This document shows positions 10,708-21,577 of a DNA stretch of 64,000 bases, piece after piece. Every line of letters begins with the position of its first letter. Within the stretch, counting starts at the first letter, position 1. The notes under the pieces are model-generated. The model saw nothing but the letters and a program-made list of their open reading frames with translations, did no database searches and was not told where the DNA came from. The position numbers and the translations under genes were made by a program. Source of the stretch: Schizochytrium sp. TIO01 (lineage: Eukaryota > Protista > Bigyra: Labyrinthulomycetes); assembly GCA_004764695.1 (NCBI GenBank), contig SMSO01000006.1, positions 1,441,859-1,505,858 on the forward strand, read 5' to 3'.

Positions 10708-12480
10708 ATGGACCCTCCAACTGCAGCTCGAGACGAAGAAGGTTGGGTTAGCGTTGGCGATCGCCATGGTACTACAACTAACCCCTCTTCCACTGCGAGC
10801 ACCACTGAAAACGACGCAAACCCATCGCATGCAGTCGAGCTTGATGAAGAAGAAGTTATGCTTCCTGCTGGTATGGACGAAAGCGCAGGAAGCGTGGTTC
10901 TAGAGAAAAACCTTTATCGTGCAGACCAACGCCATGATGATGAAGACGATGAAGATGATGATGAGGAGGAGGACGAGGAAGAAGGCGAGGAAGACAGTCA
11001 GTATAACGAGGACGATGAAGGGTGCTCTGATACCGAAGATCCCAACAGTCTTGGGAATGATGGAACTTTCCACGGAGACTCGACCATAGCGACGTCTAAA
11101 GATCATGAGTTTGCATCAAACAACGGAAATTGTAACCATGAAGACCCAAAGAGTGACTCGAAAATGTGCATTAAGGCTAGTGCCGGAAAACAATACATTG
11201 TACAAGTGGTGGGAGAGGCACCTTTCTCTCGTAAAGAACTAATCGAGCTGCAGGAAAAGATTATCCAGGGTTTGAACAATTCTGAACAAATCGTGAAATG
11301 CTCAACGCTGGCCTCTCGATTTTTCCTGCACGGGGTTCAAGGAGATCAGCCACGTGCTGCGGTTGACTTTGTCGACCTTGAGAATGCATCTTCCACTACA
11401 ACATCTGCTGCTCCAGATGGTAGACGTTACGACCTGGCAATTTTTGTGCACCTGACACAAGGCCAGACCCCGAACACCATTCCAACAAAGCAGGTGCTCT
11501 CGTCTCAGGTTCGATCCGCAAGAAAATGGCTTACCATGCCTGTCGTTCAGTTGGCGTCTAACTCATCGACGAATTCGCCGTCAGGGTCGGCAAACATTGT
11601 GACTGATTCTAGCGTCGTAGACAGTGAGGATTCAGGCCTACCGACCATGTCCGAAGGTGGTGCAGGAGATACCCTCTCAGCGCAGTATCGCTTGCCTCAT
11701 CTGAACATCTCCTGCTCGACAGTATCTGATGTTGGAAACGCGATTTCTCGTGCCCTCTTCATGGCACTCGAAATGGACCTTGCCACCACGACGCAGAATC
11801 AGTCGCCCTGTGCTGAAAAGTTGAAGCCCCAAGCGAGCTTGTTTGGATCCATCGCCGATTGTTGGATGATGTTAGTTGCAACAATCTTGAACCTCATGAT
11901 CGCCTTTGTTAACCCCCCTGTTGCGTTGTTTGGAACTGCTGTCTTATTTGCAACGCAAAAGGGAATAGGATCAATCCAGCGCCAACAGCAACTTGCCTTT
12001 ACCGTCCTTGCTATGCAGCTCGCAGTTCTGCTTTTTGTTCAGACCCAAGCCCAACCCAGCATACAAGTGGCCCCCTTGTCATTTCCTAGCATTCCGCAGG
12101 CGTCCTCTACATGCACGGGGAAAGACAATACCGAGGCATTAGCCATGGCACTTCAGCAACAGCGGCTCGAGCTCAATAACTTAATGCGATTTTCTCTTTC
12201 CGGACAACGCCCGCACCTTTCAGAGGAACAGCGAGCTCAGCTCCCGCATAGCATACTAGCATGGGAACGCCAATGGAATATCCATGACATGGAAATGGGA
12301 AACCGTGCGAAAGCTCTTAGTGATGAGGTCCTTCATCTCCGTCACTATCTCGTCGAGTCTTTGCATAGGTGTGGATGGTGGTGTGAGGACACCAAAACTC
12401 ATATGGGGGAACATCAAGGCTGGTGGTTTCAAGAGGATCTCGAACACCCGCATATCCTTTACCTCAAGCCATCGGAATAA
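10708..12480 (+). CDS. Uncharacterised membrane protein (acidic N-terminus, hydrophobic segments, C-terminal helical region)
   Basis: Long intronless ORF; first ATG at 10708 in CAACACAATGG context; hydrophobic stretches CWMMLVATILNLMIAFVNPPVALFGTAVLFA and LAFTVLAMQLAVLLFV. Confidence 0.85.
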   Translation: MDPPTAARDEEGWVSVGDRHGTTTNPSSTASTTENDANPSHAVELDEEEVMLPAGMDESAGSVVLEKNLYRADQRHDDEDDEDDDEEEDEEEGEEDSQYNEDDEGCSDTEDPNSLGNDGTFHGDSTIATSKDHEFASNNGNCNHEDPKSDSKMCIKASAGKQYIVQVVGEAPFSRKELIELQEKIIQGLNNSEQIVKCSTLASRFFLHGVQGDQPRAAVDFVDLENASSTTTSAAPDGRRYDLAIFVHLTQGQTPNTIPTKQVLSSQVRSARKWLTMPVVQLASNSSTNSPSGSANIVTDSSVVDSEDSGLPTMSEGGAGDTLSAQYRLPHLNISCSTVSDVGNAISRALFMALEMDLATTTQNQSPCAEKLKPQASLFGSIADCWMMLVATILNLMIAFVNPPVALFGTAVLFATQKGIGSIQRQQQLAFTVLAMQLAVLLFVQTQAQPSIQVAPLSFPSIPQASSTCTGKDNTEALAMALQQQRLELNNLMRFSLSGQRPHLSEEQRAQLPHSILAWERQWNIHDMEMGNRAKALSDEVLHLRHYLVESLHRCGWWCEDTKTHMGEHQGWWFQEDLEHPHILYLKPSE

Positions 12481-12836
12481 TGATGTTCATGGCACACTGC
12501 CCTTCTCTCTCCCTCCCTCCCCCTCTCTCTCTCCTACCTCTTATCCTATATTCTCTAGGTCATGAAATTATACATACACCTTTAAAGAATGCAAAAGGAA
12601 TCAATACAATACGAGTACGGTGAACATGTCAGGGGTGTTCTTGCTTGCTCGCAGTTTTGCTTTTCGTCTGCGCGATTGTAGGTAGCTTTTTGCTACTCTC
12701 CGAGTTTTCCTCTTGGTATTTAACTTCTTTATTAAATACCACGATTTCAATCACCCTTTGTTTCGTTTGATCGCCACCTCATCATTTGCAACGCGCCCAA
12801 TGTAGACTACATAGTAGAGCTAGTGCACAACAATTT

Positions 12837-13874
12837 CTAGGTCATCAGACTTTCTCCGTAAGCAATAATTTCTGGTAATACAGAGTTTGCAAATTGGCTT
12901 AGCACGGCCTCTTCAAGTGCTTCCAGATCTTGTGATTTGCGGCGGCACGCATTCTCGCTCATTGGAACAGTGTTTGGAATACTGCATACCCATGGAGTAC
13001 GCACCACAAACCTTGTCACACAAAACGACTCTTTGTTCGAGGCAACTACCTCAGTGATGGCATGCTCTTCTGGGCGTGGGCATCTGAACTCAACCTCTGC
13101 AGATAGTTTGTCGCCCGCACAGGCGTCACCAGATTCGAAGATCATTTTAGCTGGAGGTAAGAATTTTGAAAAGGCCCCGAGAAACTCTTCACTTTGAGAG
13201 GTGTACCGGACATTCTTCCTTGTGACATTACTATTTTTTGCATGCGTAACGCAGATAGATAATTAGTGATCATAAAAAAATAATTTGAGTGAGTCAATTT
13301 TACCCTTCTCCATTTCCCTCTTCTTTTTCTCTCTCTCTCTCTCTCTGTTCAACTAATATTGTTGAATTCCCGTTTGATTGGATTGCAGGTTGCACCACTC
13401 AACCGAGGTATTTGCATTTTCCCTCGCTGTGAAGCAGGGACTCAGAATAAGACCGAGAGGGTGGCAACTTAAACCTTCCCGCACCATTGAGATTTACAAT
13501 GTACAGGCTTGTAAAAAGAGTACTTACTGAAAAGGGCAGATTCGTGCCTGCGTATGCCCAAAGTTGTCTTCGAAGTCCCAGCATGTCCCGTTGAGTTTGG
13601 CAAGGTCGAGCTTAGCCTCTTCAGGCGTCAACGGCCTTGGCCTTGCTTGATCAGTTCTATCATCCTCTTCAGTTTCAATCTTTTGCCTCCAGCCCGGAGC
13701 CGCCGCAAGATCTGTCATAAGGATGTCCACTTCCACCTTGGTCTTTGCTGGTCGCTGCTGTGCTACCTTTGTATCCATGAACCCAGTGTCATCACCATCC
13801 CAGTACGCCATGCACGAAGCAACTGCAACGGAGACAAAAACCAGCAACCTCATCAGCGGTCTTTGTTGCAGCAT
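12837..13874 (-). CDS. Secreted MRH (mannose-6-phosphate receptor homology) domain protein, GNPTG/PRKCSH-like; exons 13874-13528 and 13230-12837
   Basis: Signal peptide MRLLVFVSVAVASCMA; splicing GTAAGT...TAG yields LNGTCW...ICPFHNVT...MIFESGDAC...VEFRC...SFCVTRFVVRTPWVC, the MRH cysteine pattern. Start could be 13853. Confidence 0.8.
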
Positions 13875-14676
13875 CGCCACCGTGTTTTTGCAAAAGTACA
13901 ACAACCCAGAGAACGTGCTTCAAGAAAGAGCGGTGTGCCAAGGGCGTGTATATTTCGATTCTATCTTGTTTCGTTTTGAGTCGTCGTTGAGTTGAGTGAG
14001 TTATCGATAAAAAGACATTATTGCTCAAATTCAGTCTTTTCTTTACAGACAGACCCTGAACGATTCCTTTCAGGCGCAAACCAAAGCCGATAAGAAAGTA
14101 TCTTGATCTCAACAAAATGCCACCAACGTATATCTCCGGCTCTGCTATCTTTTAGTTCGCTGCATGATCCTCTTCTTCAAGCTTTCTGCAAAGTATCGCT
14201 TCAAGATTGGTCAGTTTTTCCTATGATGTTCTTGCTCACTTACTATTTAATACGGGATATGTAACTACCATCCTCTAAGCTACATCTATAGAAGCAAGTG
14301 TAGGCCAAAGCGCTCGCCGGGGAATCCGCTTACCGGGAGAACTAAGGACTATTTCTCCATTTTAACCGGTGCAAAAGTTTGATGAGAAGAAGAATTTGGG
14401 CCTAACAACACAGATTAAGCGCCGCGGTTTTGGTTTGAGCAAATATTACGGGAGGATGGCAACTCGAAGGTCGTTTGTATCCAGAATTGGGAGAGTCTAA
14501 TAATAAAACTGAAGAGAAGATTGTTGAAGAGTCTGGGACACAATTCCGTAGCCGAGGCTGTGAAGCAGACCTAGAAAAGCAAATCTTGAATAGAAGCAAA
14601 ACTCATCGTAAGGGTCGAAACGAGAATCAACGAACAGTTTACAAGTGTCGTTGCGTGAAGAGGAAGATAAAGTAAG

Positions 14677-15287
14677 ATGGCGATGGTCATGGCAGCTTCA
14701 GTAAGGTCTGCGACCTGTGTGGCGAAGAGAAATGCTCGTAGCGTTGCGGTGAGAGGCTTCGCTACGAAGAAGCTCGAAAAGGATGAGGTTGAAGCCAAGC
14801 TCAAGTCGGATAAACTCAAGGGATGGTCACTCTCGCAGGATGGTGGTGTGGATGCCATTAAGAAAACCTTTGAGTTTAGAGATTTTTCGGAGGCCTTTGG
14901 CTTCATGTCGCGGTCTGCACTTATGGCTGAGAAGATGGACCACCACCCTGAGTGGTTCAATGTTTACAACCGCGTCGATGTAAGTCCTTCTACAACACCT
15001 TTTTGGTGCTTCATTGCTCTAGAAAATTATGTTACGAGCCTGGCAATATGAGAGGAATTGGCATTTTCTAACGCAAATATTGTCCACATGTTACAGGTAC
15101 GCTTAACTACGCACGATGCTGACGGCCTCACCAGCAAGGTAAGTCTTAAACCATTTGCTTTCTGAATGGAAATACAGTGTTTGAAATGCGATAATGATAT
15201 ACTAATGAGAGCACGCCATGGGTGCTTAAGTATTTCCAGGATACCAAGCTGGCAACCAAGATGAACGAGTTTGCCTCCCACAATTAA
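14677..15287 (+). CDS. PCBD: Pterin-4-alpha-carbinolamine dehydratase, mitochondrial presequence; exons 14677-14979, 15097-15138, 15240-15287
   Basis: [17 protein letters not shown]...[37 protein letters not shown] after splicing at GTAAGT/CAG sites. Confidence 0.93.
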
Positions 15288-15864
15288 GAATGTGTTTTTT
15301 GTGACCAAAAAGACAGTGACTCGGCGTCGTATCTATCCCTGCCAAGAAATCTCCGCGAGGAGCAGTCCCCTATCAAAGAAATAAAATTTTTTAAGTATTC
15401 AAATCAAAATCATAGCAAATCAAAAGAGGAGAGAGCACAACTTGATTTGAGGAAACCACTCCAATACAATACCTTTAGTGGGCTGCTCAATTTTTTTCAA
15501 ATAAAGACAAGGTGGGGTCTGGGATTACATCGCCAACGTGCCTGATCTCTCCTTGCTTCTATACATCCATTTCTTTGTCAAGATACACTCGGAATGATTT
15601 GTAGAGATTTGGGGTTAAAAAAAATAGGTTCAACTTCAAGGTTTGAATATATTATCATCCTACAATATGCCTTTATCGATTGGCTCCTCACTCCGCGATG
15701 CATCAGGAAATGAAGTAAGGCATACTTGGCATGCAGAATATCCACGCCCCTATCTACTTGAGACAAGAACGATCTTGTCGCAGCTGGTCATACGAAGGGT
15801 ATATAGACCTTAAGAAGACGGTGAATTCCATGTTTCAACGTTATCTCGGATACAAAGTGGTCTC

Positions 15865-17112
15865 TTACATACCAAGCCAGCTCCACTTTTTGTTCGCAGC
15901 TTCTTCATTCTTGCGCTGAAGGTCTTCTACAAGCCTTCGCAACTCCGAATTATCCTTCTGCAGTTGGATAACCTGATCTTCAATTTGATCAAGCTGGTGG
16001 CTCCAAAATCTTTCTTTCTCTGCATGGCGTTGTGCCTTCTCGATCGCTTTCTGCTTATTGTCACGCTGGCTTCGCCAGAGCTCAACCATAATGCCTCCGG
16101 CAGAGACGCAATATACAAACATCTCACCAAACACATCAGCGCCCCGCGTCACAGCTTCGGCTTCAGGGAGGTCTTTAATTTTGGACACCTTGTGGCCCAT
16201 GAGACGCACATTCACTCGAGTGGTTCTGTAGAGATGAATTCAAAACTCTCAAATTCTGTTAGACTTGCACTTCGAAAACGAAAATAGGTGTATTCACTTA
16301 CACTCGATGCCAGACTTGGCCGGCACTACCGCATGCACTGCGCCATACTGGGTGGTCGACAGCCTGCACAAATCACCGGTGTTGCATTGAAACATTCGTT
16401 ATCAACCCGTGTTAAAAAATCCATACATTACCAAATGTGCATATGGGATAATTGTAACAATACGAAGAACGCCGTTGAACAATATACAGAAACACATCAA
16501 ACAGATCGTGTTAGCCTTTCCTAAATCCCCTCAAAACAGTTTCATTCAAAATGCTCCGGTAGTGGATCCTAACACAGTCAACGTTCTATCCCCTCATGAA
16601 TGTCAGAGTTGAGACCGCCTCTGGTAGAGCACTATAAAAATAATATGAACCTCAATGTAGAGGCATAGGCTATCGTAAACCACCCAAGTGTCTAGACTTG
16701 GCTCAGCACAGGCGAACAATTTCTTTCCGCTTTGCTCTATTTAGAATTACCTATATTCAATGCGGTTGGTGAGGTTTCGCGGCAGCTGGTTCTTTGCAAA
16801 AGTTTCCACAACAAACTGCTTTGCATCGGTGATCATGGTTCCTTTGATCCGGGCAGGTCTCCAAATATTGGTAAATTCTATTTTGCCTGAAGTCGTGGTC
16901 CCTCCCCCTCGCCAAGAATAGCACCGCTTCCAGAGTTTCGCTCAAAGCTTTCTTTTCCCCAAGAATGCCGACTAGGATGTACAAATGAATGACTGAATCC
17001 CCCCGAGCCCCAATCCCTGTGTGCAACTTACATAGGACTTGAGCGAGTTTGCCACGGGCTTGCTGATCGTCCGCACCGCGAGGATGCCAAACTTGAGCAA
17101 AGGCAGCACCAT
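15865..17112 (-). CDS. OPA3: OPA3-like mitochondrial protein; exons 17112-17032, 16363-16302, 16225-15865
   Basis: MVLPLLKFGILAVRTISKPVANSLK...LPEAEAVTRGADVFGEMFVYCVS followed by a coiled coil; GTAAGT donors and CAG acceptors keep the frame. Confidence 0.92.
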
Positions 17113-17749
17113 CGTGGCAGGCGAGCTCCGGCTCCGAGCTCTCGCTTTGCTCTCTCTCTGTGACTGCTTTGGCTCTCCGCCTCGATTAATGACAAGAGAA
17201 ACAACAAATGAAATGTAAATATATAATATGATAGTACCTAGCGTAAGGTAGTGGAGTGGGTAGTAAACGAATGTGTGAAGCACTTAGATACGTAGTAGCA
17301 CCTACTATCGTCATGTATGAATGTTGCCGAACAACCATGGAGGTAGTAGCACTCCTATCACCTCGATGATCGCAGGCTACGCTCTTAGCTATACTTCGGT
17401 AGAGGAGCGAGGAAAGGACAAGCAAGAGAAAACCCAGGCTCCACTTGCTCATGACGCACATTGGAAACCTAGGGAGACGCACCAGAAACAAGCACTCGAT
17501 GTCCCGGCTTAGAAGAATGCAAAATAATTAAAATAACGGGAGATTAGGTCCTACCTATTGTGCCTGGTACCATCATGAGATTTAACAAAGACGGTTGCAG
17601 TAGGTCTCGTAGACACAATTCGAGCTAGCGACCAGGGAGCGAGATGCTCGAAGATAAATACCATGGGTACATAGGGAATGGTCGGATAGATACCAAAGGT
17701 ACGGATCGCCTCAAGTAACCCAACTAACCCCTGCGGGTATTGACATTTT

Positions 17750-19200
17750 AAAGTGATTACCCTCGATCCCCATCAGTTTTGTTTGTAGTAAATCGTGAAG
17801 AAGAAGATGTAACTGGAAAATATCTCATTTTATGAGAAATTACTGAAATTCCATGAGCATATGTTAATTTCTCTAACTTTCCTTCTAGCTTCTGAATAAT
17901 CTAGGAGAATCCCGATTTGTTAAACGCTTGGCTAATAGAATCTGGCAATGTTGTACAAGCTTTGAAAGATATATAAGGAAAACAATTGGCTTGCGTTTAA
18001 TTTTGATTTTCCTTTAGAATATCAGGTGTTTGCTACAATTGTACTGTTGCCAAGGGGTACGTACAGTCATTGATGTGCACGTCCCTATTTTGATGCAAAC
18101 TCTTGAAATCTAATTCTATAACGTCTTCGTGCCCTACTACACACACTCCAATTGCAAGAGTATCAGAAGTCACATAGCTGCCTCATATTCCTGGAACTTT
18201 CTATTCTGAAAATTATGCAATGAGTCGTTGACATAGTACAACGATTGCTGGTCTTGACCCAACACAAACAATCGGTAGGGTAATAAAAATGATCCTTCCT
18301 TAAGTTTCTTTACGGAGTACATTATGCACTTATATCTAACTTTCGTCTGTAATTGCAATGCTATCACATAATTAAGAGAGCTGCTAATTGAAGAAAAGAC
18401 ATATAATCAATATAGCATCTGTGAGAATTCTGAGATATCTGGCTTGTGAATAATGGCATCATGATTCTCTACATTAAACTAGCTGGAATTTCGATTCGCT
18501 TTTTCCAACTACTCGCAAGTATTGCCTTGCTACAACCTTATCTACTGTAGGGATCATGACCTCCTCGCGCATCATAAACGAAAATATTTTTTTTTTAAAT
18601 CATGAATAGGAGCTTTTGCACTAACATATTGTTCCATGCAAATCAGGATACCGGAAGACGAAATTGATCCTCTGATTGTCCGAATGGTAGTGAACCTCCT
18701 CACAGCTCAGAAAAGATCGAAAGTAGAATGTTTTGAAGAAAATTGTAGACATGGTAGGACTCTATATAATAATACCTACTATCGTGGCAGGTAGGCGTCT
18801 GTACATACTGCACCTACATTGCAGGACAATCTCAGGTTTGGCTTTATCTATCAAAACATTATACTTCAAGATAACGCATTGCTCCAACCAAACGGCAAAA
18901 AGTTATTGACTAGCATTGTCTACCACTCCAGGCAAGATTTTATTTTGAGGATCATTTTCGCAAACAAGACTTTTTCAGCACCTGTTCAGCAATCTCTGGT
19001 TCTTTCCCCTTATCTGATGACATGGACATACCTAATGGCACAGTCATACAATATGATCTACTATTTATTTTCTGGGTCAATTGGTTCTTTTCTTATATTG
19101 GGTGTTAGAGCTATCAAATCGAGCAGTTGTTTTGCCTAGATACAGGCCAGCAGACAGACTTTGACCCAGACTTAGTCAAGCAAAATCCATAGCGACCTTC
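17750..19200 (-). pseudogene. Decayed coding-like sequence, unidentified
   Basis: Protein-like fragments interrupted by many stops on the minus strand; no recognisable motif. Confidence 0.3.
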
Positions 19201-19849
19201 GACTGTGATCAAACAATGGTAGATTGAAACTATATTGAATCATTAATTAACAAACTATTCGTGGTACTACAAGAGGTTGGGATTTATAGTAAAAATTGTA
19301 GGTATTGAATTTTGTTACTCAACTAAGCACCTACCTAGTGGCACCGCGGGTGATTAAAGTGTATCCGACTAAGTTAGTCAGACTACCTACCCTGTTGGGG
19401 CAATTTTGAAAGAATCTCGTGCTACACTACCCATGCGAGAGCAACCGATCTCCTGCTCCAAAATAGGAGCACGTTCATTGGTCGGCTCACGAAAACGGAA
19501 TTTTAATTTCCTGCGTCCTTTCTAGTTACTGGAGTCTCTACCTATCTAGGTACTACAATGTTTCTATATTTTATTTTATTTCGATTTGTTTCGTTTCATC
19601 TCTTACTTTTGTTTTTTCTTTTCTTTTCTTAATTGCCATATTGAATGAAGCAACAACAGAAAAAGAGAAAAGAAGGAAAGTTAAGCAAAACAAACCCTAT
19701 AGGCGGCTTGACCAAGCAAGCTTCGTACGACTTCGGTCCTCGGATACCTCGTGAGATTTGGCACTGTGGTCACTCAATCGGTTTTCTGCTAGTTTTGAGT
19801 CGCGTCAACTCTTTCACCTTCTTGCCCACTCGTCCGCTCGCTCGCGTCA

Positions 19850-20500
19850 ATGGCATACCTTGGAGGCTCTGTGCTGGCGGTGCCGCCTGAGAAAGGGTCC
19901 TTCCCGCTGGACCATAACTCCGAGTGCAAAAGCTCTATGCAAGCGTTTTTGAGTTGCATGAAGGAAGAAAAGGGAAAGCATCACCGCTGCAAAGAGCTCT
20001 CCAAGAAGTACCTGGAGTGCCGCATCGAACGGTAAGTCTTTAAAGCAGGACATCAATTCAACGCAGCAAACACTGCCGTCTTGAGTTTCGCAAACACCGT
20101 CTTAGTAACTCCAAATGAGACTTGAGGCAGGCCCGACATTCTCGAGAGGAGATCCAAAATGAACATACAATTATTTGAGGCTAACGAATTGAATCTGCCT
20201 GGTACAACACAACTTCTGGGACATGCTCGGACGCTAATCTATGACTCTGATGGTTTTATTGATGTGATTTTTACGTGCCCATTCGAACTCATTGACCATT
20301 CGCCAAATTTCATGCACTACAGCGGTCTTATGCAAGAGGAGGACCTCGACGAACTCGGGTTCAAACACGAAGTTAGCATTGACGAAGCTAAATTCGAAGA
20401 ACTTCGCAAGAATAAGAAGGAGCGGAAGGGGTATATTGGAGGTCTGTCAGCTAAAGGGTGGACCGATGAAGAGCTCGGCGCAAAATCTGAATCAGAGTAG
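19850..20500 (+). CDS. COX19: Cytochrome c oxidase assembly factor COX19; exons 19850-20031 and 20323-20500
   Basis: PPEKGSFPLDH signature, twin CX9C motif, LECR...GLM..EDLDELGF; intron GTAAGT...CTACAG in phase 2. Confidence 0.93.
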
Positions 20501-21143
20501 CTCCTCTTGTGAAGAGGGGGTAGAATTTCCCGCAATTGAACGCGCAAGAGCGCTGTTTAATGAACGTGTTCGGGTTTCTCAACATAATCTTGAAGATGCC
20601 GCAACGCGCGAATGGAGGCGTGCTGCAGCAAGGCGCACACATTTCCCAGCCAACTCTTCTGGTAAAGAAACTCGTAAGACTTCGCATCCACTTCGGTTTG
20701 CAGACTCTTCCAAAGGAAGGTCCCAACCAAAACAAAGACCGCCTCGCCAACGTATTTCTGCGCCTGCAAGCAATTCTCAATCACACGCGTCCACAAGAGC
20801 AGCAACCGATAGCATTCATGAAGATCTTGCTACAGCTATGTCTATGGCTTTAGAAGCGCGAATTGCTCAAGTGTTTGAAAATGACGAGGAAGAAGACAGC
20901 GACGATGGAGATAAAAGCGATCTTTGCATGCATAATGCACCCAGTTCTGCTGGCGGACCTGGTGGTAGGTGTGTGTTTTCTGAGATGGATTCAAGGTTGT
21001 CTACTGTCGACGAGTTTATTCTATGCATCCATGCACCACGTGGACTTGGGCGCAAGATACGGCAGGAAGTAAAAGCCATGTCTCGAACCTCAGATGGCCT
21101 GGATAAACTAACTCAGCTGCAAAAATCAATGCTCACAAAGTAA
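20466..21143 (+). CDS. Hypothetical 225-aa protein overlapping the 3' end of COX19
   Basis: Frame is stop-free from 20292 to 21143; first ATG 20466; protein-like helical segments and an acidic tract. Confidence 0.6.
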   Translation: MKSSAQNLNQSSSSCEEGVEFPAIERARALFNERVRVSQHNLEDAATREWRRAAARRTHFPANSSGKETRKTSHPLRFADSSKGRSQPKQRPPRQRISAPASNSQSHASTRAATDSIHEDLATAMSMALEARIAQVFENDEEEDSDDGDKSDLCMHNAPSSAGGPGGRCVFSEMDSRLSTVDEFILCIHAPRGLGRKIRQEVKAMSRTSDGLDKLTQLQKSMLTK

Positions 21144-21577
21144 AAAAAAAAGTAAAAAATGTTAGTATTTCTTATCTTGTTAGTTTTGAATTACAAAATG
21201 CGACAGAAAATCTGAAAGCGCAGCACACCTGAACATTGAAATGTCAAATTTTAGGTGCTATCTTTCTTCGAAACGGGTTTGATCCAAGTAACAGCAACCT
21301 AATTCTTGCATTTTCACCTTTAGCAACTACCCTCGTCTTGCTCTCCGAGTACATTTAATCTGCGATTATTTCTGACTAGACAGAGTCTGACAACTGAGTA
21401 AGTATGAACACGTTAACATAATCTTGCCGTATGAATAAATGGACCAACGGAACTAAGCGGCACGTTCTTCATCTTCAAAAGTGATTATTCTGAGATAAAG
21501 TTCACATAGAGCAAAGAAGAATTAGCAATGTAAACTAAGTACTATAGTAAACTCAATTAGCTTAATATTAATCAGTC

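Noticed and set aside
16364-17031. Possible intronic snoRNA in the long OPA3 intron
   Set aside because: No convincing C/D or H/ACA box arrangement found by eye.
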